Below are positions 1-10,698 of a stretch of 62,067 bases of DNA, in pieces; the stretch's first letter is position 1, and each line of letters opens with the position of its first letter. Under the pieces are notes generated by a model, which saw nothing but the letters and a program-made list of their open reading frames with translations, was not told the DNA's origin and did not search any database. Source of the stretch: an uncultured Gammaproteobacteria bacterium (GTDB taxonomy: Bacteria; Patescibacteriota; Patescibacteriia; UBA1558; S5-K13); contig CAZAOE010000005.1 in assembly GCA_964486685.1 (NCBI GenBank), positions 1 through 62,067 of the forward strand, given 5' to 3'. Both the position numbers and the translations under genes were made by a program.

Positions 1-6
1 ACCTCT

Positions 7-2046
7 ATGCAAAAAATAATCCAATTCATTAAAAACAATTATAATAAAATTTTTATTGGCTCCATTGTCCTCTATGTTTTAATAGTATTTGTTTTTTTAA
101 TTATTAAATATAATAATTTTCAATATAATGCTTTAGATTTAGGAATTTTTAATCAGGTTTTTCATAATTCAATTCATGGCAATCTTTTTTATTTTACCAT
201 TCACCCTCATTCTTATTTGGGTGACCATTTCGCCTTATTTTTAATATTTCTACTTCCTTTGTATAAATTATTTTCTTCTCCTCTGTGTTTGCTTTTTTTA
301 CAAACTCTAATTATTGCTCTTTGTGCCATACCAATCCGACTAATCGCCAAGCATGCTTTAAATAGGGGCTGGGCTCTAATAATCCCCCTTTTATGGTTAA
401 TAAATCCTTTGGTAATTAACATGAATTTTTTTGAATTTCATCTTTTGCCCTTTGGATTATTTTTGCTCTTATTTACTATATATTTTTATTTGAAAAAAAG
501 ATTTAATTTATTTATCCTTTTTACTTTATTGTCCTTAACTATTCGTGAAGATATAGCAATTGTTATCTGCATGTTTTCTATTTTGGCTTTACTTGAAAAA
601 CGAAAAGTCAAATGGATAATCTGGCCAGCCATCCTTTCTATTGGCTGGTTTGTTTTAGCCCAAAATATTATCCAAAATTTCAATCCTACTGGTGGCTACA
701 AATTTATTGCCTATTATAATTGGATAGGCGGAAATTCTCTTTTAGAAATTTTCAAAAATTATTTAATTCATCCTCTACAGACCATTGTGCATATCTTTTC
801 TCCAAATAATATTACTATGAGTTTTGCTCTTTTAATGCCCTTTGGTTTTATCCCAATTTTAAAACCCAAATATCTCTTATTAGCTTTAGGGCCTTTTTTA
901 CAATTTGCCTTAATTAAAGATTATGGCGGATATACTGTTTTAACCACCCATTATACTTGTCTTTTTTTACCGGCTCTAATAGTGGGCTTCATTTATGCTT
1001 TAAAAAAGATATATTCTCCTTTACAAATAAAGGAATCAAAATTTATAAAACTTTTAAAACACAATAAAGCTTTAATTATAATCATCATTATAATTTCTAG
1101 CTCATATTCTTTGCTTGTCCTCTCCCCTTTAGATATAAACAATAAAAATAAAGCACCCGATTATAATCAAAAAATTGACATAAAAATTAATCAAGAACTA
1201 TTAAATTATATACCTACGAATGAACCCGTGGCCGCTTCTATAGAATTTATCCCTCAATTATCTAATCGGCCCAAAGTATATACCTTGGGTTATGCTTGGC
1301 TGGGATATAAACAACTTTCCTATCTTCCCTATGAATTACCAGATGATGTAGAATATATACTCTGTGATTTTGATAATGTTTTAAATTATAATATTCAACA
1401 TATTCAAAACAAAGAGGAAACAACCTATGAAAATAGTTATTTAAATTGGCAAAAAACTTTTGCCAAAAACAATATGAGTCCTTTAAAAATTATAGATACT
1501 TATAGTGTTTGGAAATATAATCTTAATTTAGAAAAATCTACAGCAGAATACCAAAACCCACTTTATGAAATTAAAAATCTAGACGAAGAAACAAATATTA
1601 TAAACAAAAAACATCAGGACATTAATCAAGAAATAATATTTTTGGGCTGGGATAAATTAGAAAAAACTGAATTGAATCAATTAAAAACCGTTGCTACTCA
1701 AACTATGCCCTTGGCCCTATATTTTCAAAAAAAAGATAATGTGGAAATAAAAAATAATTATCAATTGCAATTAGGCCTAATTCCTAAAAACAAATCTCTT
1801 CCTGAATATACTAAAATATATCCCCTCACCTACGGATTTTATCCTAGTTCTAAATGGCAAGATAAAGAAATAATAAAAATAAATTATTGGTTTTTAATTC
1901 CCGCTGAATTTTATGCTGAAGATTTTGTTCTTAAATTAAATATCATAAATGCCCAAGGAAATTTTGTCTTGGGCTCAAATAGAACTTTGATTCGAAATTT
2001 TCCTAAAAAAGAAATTTTTCAACCAAATCTTGATATAGATTATTAA
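7..2046 (+). CDS. Polytopic membrane protein, DUF2079-like / probable GT-C fold glycosyltransferase
   Basis: Many TM helices; DLGIFNQ, LGDHF, FEFH and REDI motifs typical of DUF2079-type proteins; soluble C-terminal domain; lies next to GT2 genes. Confidence 0.7.
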   Translation: MQKIIQFIKNNYNKIFIGSIVLYVLIVFVFLIIKYNNFQYNALDLGIFNQVFHNSIHGNLFYFTIHPHSYLGDHFALFLIFLLPLYKLFSSPLCLLFLQTLIIALCAIPIRLIAKHALNRGWALIIPLLWLINPLVINMNFFEFHLLPFGLFLLLFTIYFYLKKRFNLFILFTLLSLTIREDIAIVICMFSILALLEKRKVKWIIWPAILSIGWFVLAQNIIQNFNPTGGYKFIAYYNWIGGNSLLEIFKNYLIHPLQTIVHIFSPNNITMSFALLMPFGFIPILKPKYLLLALGPFLQFALIKDYGGYTVLTTHYTCLFLPALIVGFIYALKKIYSPLQIKESKFIKLLKHNKALIIIIIIISSSYSLLVLSPLDINNKNKAPDYNQKIDIKINQELLNYIPTNEPVAASIEFIPQLSNRPKVYTLGYAWLGYKQLSYLPYELPDDVEYILCDFDNVLNYNIQHIQNKEETTYENSYLNWQKTFAKNNMSPLKIIDTYSVWKYNLNLEKSTAEYQNPLYEIKNLDEETNIINKKHQDINQEIIFLGWDKLEKTELNQLKTVATQTMPLALYFQKKDNVEIKNNYQLQLGLIPKNKSLPEYTKIYPLTYGFYPSSKWQDKEIIKINYWFLIPAEFYAEDFVLKLNIINAQGNFVLGSNRTLIRNFPKKEIFQPNLDIDY

Positions 2047-2057
2047 ATTGTTGCTCC

Positions 2058-2768
2058 TTATTTCTTTCTCTTTTTAGCAAACTTCAATTTTAAAACATTC
2101 AAAAAAAAGCCCACTGCTTCTTTAAGGCCTAATTTAGAAACTCCTTTTTGTCTATCTACAAAAGTAATCGGTATTTCTTTAATTTTAAATCCATTTTTTT
2201 CCAACAAATAAACCATTTCTTCTTGAAAAGCATAGCCATTGCTTTTTATTTTATCCAAATCTATTTTTTCAAAAACTTTTTGATGATAACATCTAAAACC
2301 GCCGGTAACATCTTTTGTTTTTAAATTAAGTAAAATTCTAGAAAAATCCATGGCTAATCTGGACATCAATTTACGACGCATATTCCAACCAATTATTCCT
2401 CCGCCAACAACTCGACGGGAACCCAGACAAGCATCATACCCTTCTCGCACACAGCGCACAAGCTCGGGAATTTTATAAGGATGGTGAGAAAAATCAGCAT
2501 CCATTTCAACAAGTAAATCCGCTCCTTTGTCCAGGGCATATTTAAAACCCGCAACATAAGCACTGCCTAAACCCATTTTCTCTGGACGCTTAATAATTTC
2601 CACTGGATAATCATTCATCATTTCTTCTACTGCTTGGGCTGTCTTGTCTGGAGAATTATCATCCACTATCAAAATTTTTAAATCTAAGACATTCAAAGCA
2701 CTAATCTTTTTAATTAGGGCCTGAATATTGTCTTTCTCATTATATGTAGGAATTACGACGTAAATCAT
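2058..2768 (-). CDS. Polyprenol-monophosphomannose synthase-like GT2 (DPM1-like)
   Basis: VIPTYNE, IVDDNSPD, MDADFSH, DVTGGFR, GYAFQEE, FVDR..G.SK motifs. Confidence 0.9.
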   Translation of the reverse strand: MIYVVIPTYNEKDNIQALIKKISALNVLDLKILIVDDNSPDKTAQAVEEMMNDYPVEIIKRPEKMGLGSAYVAGFKYALDKGADLLVEMDADFSHHPYKIPELVRCVREGYDACLGSRRVVGGGIIGWNMRRKLMSRLAMDFSRILLNLKTKDVTGGFRCYHQKVFEKIDLDKIKSNGYAFQEEMVYLLEKNGFKIKEIPITFVDRQKGVSKLGLKEAVGFFLNVLKLKFAKKRKK

Positions 2769-2847
2769 AAATTTAAATTTACGAAATGGCTACAAAATAA
2801 TTTTGTAACCATCTCCATATAAATTATATAAACTATTCTAATATAAA

Positions 2848-4443
2848 TCAATTCTCTAGGCATTTATAAATAACCGCATACTTATCTAAATATATTTTTT
2901 GAAAATTTTTGTCTTTATCTAATTCTCTTCTCAAATTATTATGTCCCATAGAAACCAAAACATATCTACTTTTTAATTCATGAACAACAAATTCATTGCT
3001 TTGCTTACTTTTTACTTGTGTAAAATCAGACCATAAATTATATTTTTCCGGATCGGCCTTATAAAAAAATGTCGGGTCTAATCCAGCCATATACTGATTA
3101 TGGTCATTATAATAAAAAAGCATAGGAAATTCATCCCAAGAACTATGAACTATAATTTCATCTTTAGCTGTATTTTTTTTCAACCAATCCATTGCTTGAG
3201 CAAACATCTTATAGTCATAACCTGTTAAAAGCTGTCCTCTGGTGCCGTTAAATCCTAAATATAAATTTATGGGAATTGTAATGCTAAAATAAATTAAAAT
3301 AATAACAAATAAAATTTTCTTTTTTCTATAAAAACTAATTAAATATTTTTTAAAATTTAAAAACTCAATCATTTGACTTAATTTTAAAGCGGAAAAAATT
3401 AAAGCCAAAGGAATAAAATATTCTACATATCTTCTGGACTTTAAAGTTAAAACAAAAAAGAAAAGCGACAAAAATAAAAACAAATGGTCTTCAATCCTAT
3501 TTTTTTTAAAGTATAAAAAATAAAAAAATATGCTTAAAAATAAAACTAAAAAAATTAAACCCGCTCCGGCCAAAAGAGAACCAAAGGTATAAGGATACCA
3601 TTCTTGTCCGACATTTAATACTTGTTGATAATTAATTACTCCGATTTCAAAAAATTGCGTCCAATAAAAAACTATATTCTTGGGAAAATAAGGATTAATA
3701 ACCAGTCCCAAAACGCAACCCACTAAACTATAAAAAAATAAATTCCAGCTACTTTTCTGCTTAATTGGTTTTAAAAACCTACCTATTGTTTGTGATAAAA
3801 ATTTTTCTATTTTTTTATGCCGATGATTTAAAAAATAAATTAGACAATATATTCCTGAAATAAAAGGCAAGAGTTGCCAGGCACCATAAGACCAGACATA
3901 TAAAAATGATAAAACAAATAAAAGCCATTTTTTATTTTCTAGTAAAAAATATATGCCTATAATTAAAAAAATTAAAGACAAAGAATTGGCTTTAACTAAA
4001 TTTATTCTAAATAAAAAAGGATTTATAAATAATAAAAGCAAACTAAAGAAAAGGGCGTATCTAACTCCTCTTTTTCTTAAAAACCAATAAATAAAAGTTA
4101 TTAATGCACTAGATAATAGAATAGTAGCAATTTTTAAACCAAAAAATGGAAAAATTGCCACCAAAGGAGCTAAAATTAAATGATATAAAAAATGATGGTC
4201 AGTAAAATAATCATTTAATATCGTATAAGGAAGCCATTTGAAATTTAAAAGGATTCCTTTCTGAGATATTAATTGGGAAATTTTAAGATGATAAAAGGCA
4301 TCTGGGTCTGTAAAAACAGATTCTTTTTGCAAATATAAAAAAACCAAAAAGCAAATCAAAAATATTAAAAAATACCCTAGATATCCTTTATTTAAAAAGT
4401 TAGTCATTTGACTAAAAAAAGATTTTCTTTTTTTCAAAAACAT
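2848..4443 (-). CDS. Polytopic membrane protein, probable GT-C (STT3/PMT-like) glycosyltransferase
   Basis: DPDAFYH after first TM, EW.P loop, RRY..Y, and C-terminal WLK..T...SWD (WWDxG-like) motif. Confidence 0.6.
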   Translation of the reverse strand: MFLKKRKSFFSQMTNFLNKGYLGYFLIFLICFLVFLYLQKESVFTDPDAFYHLKISQLISQKGILLNFKWLPYTILNDYFTDHHFLYHLILAPLVAIFPFFGLKIATILLSSALITFIYWFLRKRGVRYALFFSLLLLFINPFLFRINLVKANSLSLIFLIIGIYFLLENKKWLLFVLSFLYVWSYGAWQLLPFISGIYCLIYFLNHRHKKIEKFLSQTIGRFLKPIKQKSSWNLFFYSLVGCVLGLVINPYFPKNIVFYWTQFFEIGVINYQQVLNVGQEWYPYTFGSLLAGAGLIFLVLFLSIFFYFLYFKKNRIEDHLFLFLSLFFFVLTLKSRRYVEYFIPLALIFSALKLSQMIEFLNFKKYLISFYRKKKILFVIILIYFSITIPINLYLGFNGTRGQLLTGYDYKMFAQAMDWLKKNTAKDEIIVHSSWDEFPMLFYYNDHNQYMAGLDPTFFYKADPEKYNLWSDFTQVKSKQSNEFVVHELKSRYVLVSMGHNNLRRELDKDKNFQKIYLDKYAVIYKCLEN

Positions 4444-4674
4444 AAAAGCGCGATGCTAATATACAAATACATCCGAATGATGCGAATTAAAATTTTTGGG
4501 TAATTCGCCTGCCTGCCGGCAGGCAGGGATTAATTTGTATATTCGGATTGATTAAACAAAATTATTAAAATCTCTTAAAAAATTTATTAGCCTAAACATC
4601 TAAATTCTGATACTTTTGGGAATTAATAAGCTTTATGTTAAAATTATTATATTAATATACTTTTTAAAATACCC

Positions 4675-5406
4675 ATGGATTATAAATACAAATTTTCTAT
4701 CATCATCCCTGCTTATAATGAAAAGGATAGGATATTAGGAACCTTAAACAATATTTATAAATATTTCAAGGGGAAAAATTCTGAAATAATTATAGTAGAT
4801 GACGGCAGCACCGATAATACTGCTTCCTTTATTGAATATGAAAAGGAAAATATTGCTAATAATATAAAAACCATTAGTTATCAGCCAAATCAAGGCAAGG
4901 GTTATGCCGTCAAAACAGGAGTAGAAAAAGCTCAAGGTGAATTTATATTATTTACAGACGCAGATAATTCTACTCCCATAGAAGAATTTGCTAAATTAGA
5001 CACAGGAATTAAGCAAGGTTTTGATATTGCTATTGGCTCCCGCTATTTAAAAAATAGCGCTGTTAAAATAAAACAAAGTATTCTTAGAATCTTAATTGGG
5101 AGATTAGGAAATCTGCTCATTCAATTATTATTAGTCAAAAATATCAAAGACACTCAGTGCGGATTTAAATTATTTAAAAATAAAATTGCTAAAAACATTT
5201 TTTCTAAACAAACCATTTATGGCTGGGGTTTTGATATGGAAATATTGGTCATCGCCCAGCTTTTTAAATATAAAATTATAGAAATTCCCGTGGACTGGTA
5301 TAATTCATCAGCCAGTAAATTCAGTCCCGTTAAAGATACTCTGCAAACATTAAGCGAATTAATAAAAATAAAAATCAACTTAATCACTGGTAAATATAAA
5401 AAATGA
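4675..5406 (+). CDS. Dolichyl/polyprenyl-phosphate glucosyltransferase-like GT2
   Basis: IIPAYNE, VDDGSTD, NQGKGYAV, FTDADNSTP, DTQCGFKLF, GFDMEIL motifs. Confidence 0.9.
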   Translation: MDYKYKFSIIIPAYNEKDRILGTLNNIYKYFKGKNSEIIIVDDGSTDNTASFIEYEKENIANNIKTISYQPNQGKGYAVKTGVEKAQGEFILFTDADNSTPIEEFAKLDTGIKQGFDIAIGSRYLKNSAVKIKQSILRILIGRLGNLLIQLLLVKNIKDTQCGFKLFKNKIAKNIFSKQTIYGWGFDMEILVIAQLFKYKIIEIPVDWYNSSASKFSPVKDTLQTLSELIKIKINLITGKYKK

Positions 5407-7046
5407 CCTTTAAAGAAATTGTCAAATCCATAGATAAAAAAGAAAAATTATTCATCCTGTATTTTTCTATTTTTTTAATCCTATTGCTATTAATTCCCTA
5501 TCTTTATGGATATTTTTCTGCCCCGGAAAACACTTACTATAACCCAATCTACGGATTTTCTTCTGGAGATAAAAGCGTTTATTATTCCTATATAGAACAA
5601 ATCAAACAAGGAAATTTTTTACTTAAGGACTTATATACTTCCGAAATTCAATCTCGACAAACTTTAAACGTTCTCTGGCTCTCTCTTGGGATTTTAGCTA
5701 AAACATTTCATTTATCTCCGCCCCTGGCCTTCCTCTTGTCTCAAATATTACTTACGCCTATTCTGATATATTCTTTATACTTATTAATTTCTTTGATATT
5801 TAGTTCAAAAATTAAAAGAAAAATAGCGCTTATCTTTATATCCCTAGCTTCTGGTCTAGGTTTTATAATTAACATTTTTACCCATTCTTTTCCTCCTAAT
5901 AATTTTATGCTCTATCCTTTGGATTTATGGGTGGCAGAGGCCTTTACCTTTCCTTCTATTTTTAACTCTGCTCATTTTATAATGTCTACTACTTTAATAA
6001 TTTTAATATTTTTATTCTCTTTTTTGGCATTAGAAAAAAATAAAATAAAATATAGTATCTTTTCTGGAATTTGTGGATTAATACTTTTTAATTTTCACCC
6101 TTATCATTTAGCTACTATAATTGCCGTTTTATCCATTTATTCTTTTTTACATGCCTTAAAAAACAAAACCAGTTTATTTTATTATTTAAAACATTTATCT
6201 ATAATTCTAATTATATCTGCCCCTTCAATCTTATATCATGTTTGGCTAATGCTTAATGACCCAATTACCCTGGGAAAGGCCATGCAAAATATATGTTTAA
6301 CTCCAGTAGCTTGGGCGACAATAATAGCTTATGGATTTCTTTTAATTGGTGCTATAGCTTATACAATCATATTATTGGATAAAAAAAGGCCTTTAAAAAA
6401 TTTAGAATTGTTTTTAATCACTTGGTTTATAGTTCAATTTTTATTAATATATTTTCCCCTCAGCATTCAACGCCGACTTACTCAAGGACTTAATATACCC
6501 ATGGCTTTACTTTGTTTACTTTTGATATTTTATATCTTTAAAAAATTTCCGAAATTGAAAATAAAAACACGTTTGGATAAAATTATTCTAATTTTTCTAT
6601 TTATACTTTTATTTAATATGTCTAATGTTTGGGGTTTAATAAACTCTTCTTTAGAACAAAAAACAGAAGCTTGGAAATTTTTATATTATATAAATAAGGA
6701 AGAAAAACAAGCTATAGATTGGTTAAAAAATAATTTACAAGAACAAGACAATATTTTGTCCACCTATATACAGGCGAGTATAATTCCTGGAATTACTGGA
6801 AAATCTGTCTTTATTGGTCATAGCCACGAAACCATTAATTCTGAACGAAAATATAAACAAATGCAGTGGTTTTTTACCGATGAAAATAACGATGAATTGC
6901 ATCTTCAGTTTTTAAAACAAAATAATATTACTTATATTTTTTATGGGCCTCGCGAAAAAAAATTAGGTGCCTGGGCACCACAAAACAAAAAATACCTAGA
7001 AAAGGTATTTAGCAATGAAAAGATAGAAATTTATAAAGTTCTCTAA
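5403..7046 (+). CDS. Polytopic membrane protein, probable GT-C fold
   Basis: About 12 TM helices, D..VYYS loop, C-terminal WLK...GH..ET domain; ATGA overlap with upstream GT2. Confidence 0.55.
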   Translation: MTFKEIVKSIDKKEKLFILYFSIFLILLLLIPYLYGYFSAPENTYYNPIYGFSSGDKSVYYSYIEQIKQGNFLLKDLYTSEIQSRQTLNVLWLSLGILAKTFHLSPPLAFLLSQILLTPILIYSLYLLISLIFSSKIKRKIALIFISLASGLGFIINIFTHSFPPNNFMLYPLDLWVAEAFTFPSIFNSAHFIMSTTLIILIFLFSFLALEKNKIKYSIFSGICGLILFNFHPYHLATIIAVLSIYSFLHALKNKTSLFYYLKHLSIILIISAPSILYHVWLMLNDPITLGKAMQNICLTPVAWATIIAYGFLLIGAIAYTIILLDKKRPLKNLELFLITWFIVQFLLIYFPLSIQRRLTQGLNIPMALLCLLLIFYIFKKFPKLKIKTRLDKIILIFLFILLFNMSNVWGLINSSLEQKTEAWKFLYYINKEEKQAIDWLKNNLQEQDNILSTYIQASIIPGITGKSVFIGHSHETINSERKYKQMQWFFTDENNDELHLQFLKQNNITYIFYGPREKKLGAWAPQNKKYLEKVFSNEKIEIYKVL

Positions 7047-7047
7047 A

Positions 7048-8046
7048 TTAATTTTTCATCCTCTTCTTTAAATAATCCACCCAGGGATTTGGTTGAGGAT
7101 CTATTTTATTGTATCCAGCTAAATAATAAACCAGATAGGAAGAAATTCCTAAAATATACATGCTCTGTGACCAAATATTATCACCCCGAGGATTAATTTC
7201 AATAAAACTAATCTTTTTTTTCTGCAAAATTTCTTTCATAATTTGATAACGTTTTTGATTTCTTTTAAAATAAAGCTTTGAATTTATTAAAATATAAATA
7301 ATGTTCTTATTCAGGTCTTTAGGAAAAGACAGACCTTCAAATTGATGATGACAAATTTCTGGAATACTAAAATAAGTAGCAAAATTTTTTCCGGTCTCAT
7401 TAAGTTGATTTTGCCAAATATGGGCATTGCCGATTAAATGTTCCGCAGAAATTATAATCGGAATTTTATTTACAATTTTTTTAGCTATTTTTTCAGCTAT
7501 TTTTTTACCTTGGTAAAAATAATGGATATTACTTTTAATCTTTCGTCCGCAAAAATCTAATATCTTAAGCTCTTTAAATAAAGCAATAAAAATTGCTATT
7601 GAATAACCAATAGCAAACCGCGGATTTAAAGCATAATTATATTTGGCCTGATAAACAAATTTATTAGCTTTCATCAAAGCCAATTTTCCACCGCTACAAA
7701 TTATAAAAACTTTTAATTTTTTTCTTTGGGCCTGCTGATAACAAACTATGCTTTCTTCTGTATTACCGGAAAAGCTAGAAATGATCACTAAAGTATCTTG
7801 ATCTGCCCATTTAGGCAATTTATAATCATTAATTATTAAAATTGGAATTGATAAATGTTCTTTAAAAACCTTTCTAACTAAATCTGGACCTAAAGCCGAA
7901 CCGCCCATGCCACAAACTAAAATCTTATTTATTTTTCTAAAATTAGTCGGTAAATTAAGCTTTTTAAAATCTAAAAAAATTTGTTCAAATTGCTTAGACA
8001 TCTCTTGATAAGTTTTTAAAACTAAATCTTGGTCTTTTTTAACCAT
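7048..8046 (-). CDS. Bifunctional phosphoglucose/phosphomannose isomerase (SIS family)
   Basis: GMGGS, SFSGNTEE, SGGKL, PR, QLNETGK, PE..HH..EG motifs. Confidence 0.85.
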   Translation of the reverse strand: MVKKDQDLVLKTYQEMSKQFEQIFLDFKKLNLPTNFRKINKILVCGMGGSALGPDLVRKVFKEHLSIPILIINDYKLPKWADQDTLVIISSFSGNTEESIVCYQQAQRKKLKVFIICSGGKLALMKANKFVYQAKYNYALNPRFAIGYSIAIFIALFKELKILDFCGRKIKSNIHYFYQGKKIAEKIAKKIVNKIPIIISAEHLIGNAHIWQNQLNETGKNFATYFSIPEICHHQFEGLSFPKDLNKNIIYILINSKLYFKRNQKRYQIMKEILQKKKISFIEINPRGDNIWSQSMYILGISSYLVYYLAGYNKIDPQPNPWVDYLKKRMKN

Positions 8047-8351
8047 AATTTTAATATCTAAACTCTAAATTCTAAACTCTAAACAATTCTTAAGCTCAAA
8101 TATTTTAATATTTTAAATTTTGAGTTTTGAATTTTGAATTTGTTTAGATATTAGATATTAGGATTTAGGATTTATAATATATAATCTTAATTTTATTATA
8201 ACATAATATTGCTCATTTTCCCTTCTCTTGCTAAGATAATTATACTAAAGAACTTAAGGACCAAAGAACTTAAAAACACAAGAACAAGAAAACAATTAAT
8301 CAATTAAACTATTATACTATTAAGCTATTATCCAATTAACCTATTAATACT

Positions 8352-9083
8352 ATGTCTGGACATTCTAAGTGGGCCACCACTAAACACAAAAAAGCAATCG
8401 TTGATTCTAAAAGATCTTCTTTGTTTACTAAATTGTCTAAAATTATAAGTATTGCAGCTCGGGATGGAGATGATCCAACTATGAATTTTAAATTAAGAAT
8501 GGCCATTGATAAAGCTCGGGGGCTTTCTATGCCCAAAGATAATATAGAAAAAGCCGTGGCTCGAGGAGCTGGAACCGGAGAGAGCAAAGAATTAGAAGAA
8601 ATTATTTATGAGGGCTATGGCCCAGAAGGCATTGCCTTGATAATTGAGATAGTTACTGATAATAGAAACCGCGTGGCCTCTGAAATCAGACATATCCTCA
8701 CTAAGTATGATGGTTCTTTGGGCTCCAGTAATTCTGTACTATGGCAATTCCAAAGAAAGGGTATTATTTATTTAAAAAACGAAACTATTAACGAAGAGCA
8801 AGAATTGCAAATTATAGATGCCGGTGCTGAAGATATTCAAAAACAGGATAACAGCATCAGAATTATAACTGCTATGGAAGATTTACAAAAAATTCAAGAA
8901 AAAATCACCAAAGGTTCCGACCAAAGCAAAAGAAAAAATATTATTGAGATAGACAATGCTGAACTTGAATATATTCCCAAAAATACTATCCAACCCCAAA
9001 ATCCTGAAAAAATAGAAAAACTTTTTGCAGAATTAGATGAAAATGATGATGTCAATAATTTTTATTCTAATGCTGAACTATAA
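8352..9083 (+). CDS. yebC: YebC/PmpR family protein
   Basis: MSGHSKWATTKHKK, YEGYGP, TDNRNR, DDV.NFYSN. Confidence 0.95.
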   Translation: MSGHSKWATTKHKKAIVDSKRSSLFTKLSKIISIAARDGDDPTMNFKLRMAIDKARGLSMPKDNIEKAVARGAGTGESKELEEIIYEGYGPEGIALIIEIVTDNRNRVASEIRHILTKYDGSLGSSNSVLWQFQRKGIIYLKNETINEEQELQIIDAGAEDIQKQDNSIRIITAMEDLQKIQEKITKGSDQSKRKNIIEIDNAELEYIPKNTIQPQNPEKIEKLFAELDENDDVNNFYSNAEL

Positions 9084-9273
9084 TCAATTACCAATTATCA
9101 ATTTACAATTTTCATTAAATGAACAATTAATCAATTACCAATTTGGAATTATTTTAGAAGCTAAATCGATAATTAAAAATCAAATAATTGATAATTTATT
9201 CAAAATTGAAAATTTAAAATTTAAAATTCTACCCCGTGCTTATCAAAATAAACTAACAAAAATAACTGAATTA

Positions 9274-9771
9274 ATGTCAATAAAAAATAAAAACAAAATA
9301 ATAATGGGTATTGACCCTGGCTTAGCTACCGTGGGTTATGGTTTTATTGAGGTTGAAAAAAAAGAAGCTAAATTTATAACTTGTGGTTGCATTGAAACCA
9401 AAGCCAAAACTGATTTTAATAAAAGATTGGAAATTATAAATCAAGAATTAACGCAATTAATTAAAAAATACCAACCCGATCTTTGTGGAGTGGAACAATT
9501 ATTCTTTTGTAAAAATGTTAAAACCGCGATGAACGTTGGTCATGCCCGCGGAGTAATTATTATGACCTTAAGTCAAAATAAGGTTCCTTTTCGAGAATTC
9601 ACTCCCTTGCAGATTAAACAAACGATTACTTCTTATGGTCGGGCTGATAAAAAACAAATCGCGGAGATGGTCAAATTAACCCTTAACTTAAAACAAATAC
9701 CAAAAAAGGATGATGCCTCTGATGCCCTAGCCATAGCCCTGACTACTTTATATAGTAAAATTTATAAATAA
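9274..9771 (+). CDS. ruvC: Holliday junction resolvase RuvC
   Basis: GIDPG..TVGYG, VEQLFF, HARGV, G.ADK.Q, DD.SDALAIA; start placed at ATG 9274 because the longer ORF from 9037 reads through an intergenic repeat. Confidence 0.93.
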   Translation: MSIKNKNKIIMGIDPGLATVGYGFIEVEKKEAKFITCGCIETKAKTDFNKRLEIINQELTQLIKKYQPDLCGVEQLFFCKNVKTAMNVGHARGVIIMTLSQNKVPFREFTPLQIKQTITSYGRADKKQIAEMVKLTLNLKQIPKKDDASDALAIALTTLYSKIYK

Positions 9772-9773
9772 AG

Positions 9774-9829
9774 TTGACAAAAAATATTATATTTAGTAAA
9801 CTGAAATGAAAAAATAAATACTAAGGAGG
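9774..9829 (+). promoter_or_regulatory. sigma70 promoter plus strong SD
   Basis: TTGACA (9774)-17 bp-TAAACT (9797); AAGGAGG at 9823-9829. Confidence 0.7.
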
Positions 9830-9831
9830 AC

Positions 9832-10497
9832 ATGATGAAAGGTCCAGCTGATAAAAAATTAAGGAAAGAAATAAAGGAATCAATGAAAAGTCCAATTAAT
9901 GAAGATTTGAAACGCTTTACAATACCGACAATAATCCTGACTCTTGCTTTATTCGCTACTACTTTCTATTTCCTTAATAATTGCGATAATTGGGAAGTGG
10001 GAAAATATTCTACCCTCTTGATATTGGCTTGTATTGTGAATATTGTAATTTTTTTTCTTGGAAACTTTTTTAAAAAAAAAGTAATCCGAATAAACTCACG
10101 TAGCGCTGCTACCGCTATTAATATATTTGCTGTTTATATTGGAATTGAAATTTTAATTTCCATACTAAAAAATTGTGATCCTAATAACATGATAGATTTT
10201 TTTATTTTTTTAGGACTTGTAGGATTTTTCATATTTATTTCCACTATATCTTTGTATGGACATTTCTGTGCTTTTGATAAGTCAATCAGTCTCCTTGGAG
10301 AATGGTTGCCGAATTCTTGTAGAATCTTTCAAGAGTTTACTTTTGAGCGCATAGATTCTACCTATCAGCCATATCTACTCCATTACCCGCCTAAAATATA
10401 TTGGCAGATCGGTATTATCAAAAAAACATGTTTTATGGAGGGGGCAGTCATAGTCGTGCTTTTAATAAGCGCTCGATGGATTGTGCCACTAATTTAA
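9832..10497 (+). CDS. Hypothetical membrane protein (about 5 TM)
   Basis: 221-aa ORF with its own promoter, SD and terminator; no recognisable motif; start may be ATG 9835. Confidence 0.7.
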   Translation: MMKGPADKKLRKEIKESMKSPINEDLKRFTIPTIILTLALFATTFYFLNNCDNWEVGKYSTLLILACIVNIVIFFLGNFFKKKVIRINSRSAATAINIFAVYIGIEILISILKNCDPNNMIDFFIFLGLVGFFIFISTISLYGHFCAFDKSISLLGEWLPNSCRIFQEFTFERIDSTYQPYLLHYPPKIYWQIGIIKKTCFMEGAVIVVLLISARWIVPLI

Positions 10498-10511
10498 AAT
10501 CTATACCCACG

Positions 10512-10540
10512 ACTACCGAATTTATGTTCGGTAGTTTTTT
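10512..10540 (+). terminator. Intrinsic terminator
   Basis: ACTACCGAA/TTCGGTAGT stem followed by a T-run. Confidence 0.75.
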
Positions 10541-10559
10541 ATTAATAATTAAATAATTT

Positions 10560-10679
10560 AAAAAACAAATCGCTGAAATGGTTAAAATAACTTTAAATTT
10601 AAAACAAATACCTAAAAAAGATGACGCTTCTGATGCTTTAGCGATTGCTTTAACTACATTATATAGTAAAAAATACTAA
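10560..10679 (+). pseudogene. ruvC: Orphan duplicate of the ruvC 3' end (39 codons plus stop)
   Basis: Encodes KKQIAEMVKITLNLKQIPKKDDASDALAIALTTLYSKKY*; 37/39 aa identical to the RuvC C-terminus (9649-9771). Confidence 0.9.
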
Positions 10680-10698
10680 AACAAATTAATAAAGAAAT

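Noticed and set aside
9037-9273. N-terminal extension of RuvC (and similarly 42590-42628 of RpsA)
   Set aside because: Open by chance through CAATT/AATTG repeat arrays; domain homology starts later.
9649-10679. Diversity-generating retroelement TR/VR pair
   Set aside because: Differences are synonymous third-position changes and not adenine-specific on either strand; no reverse transcriptase in the window.
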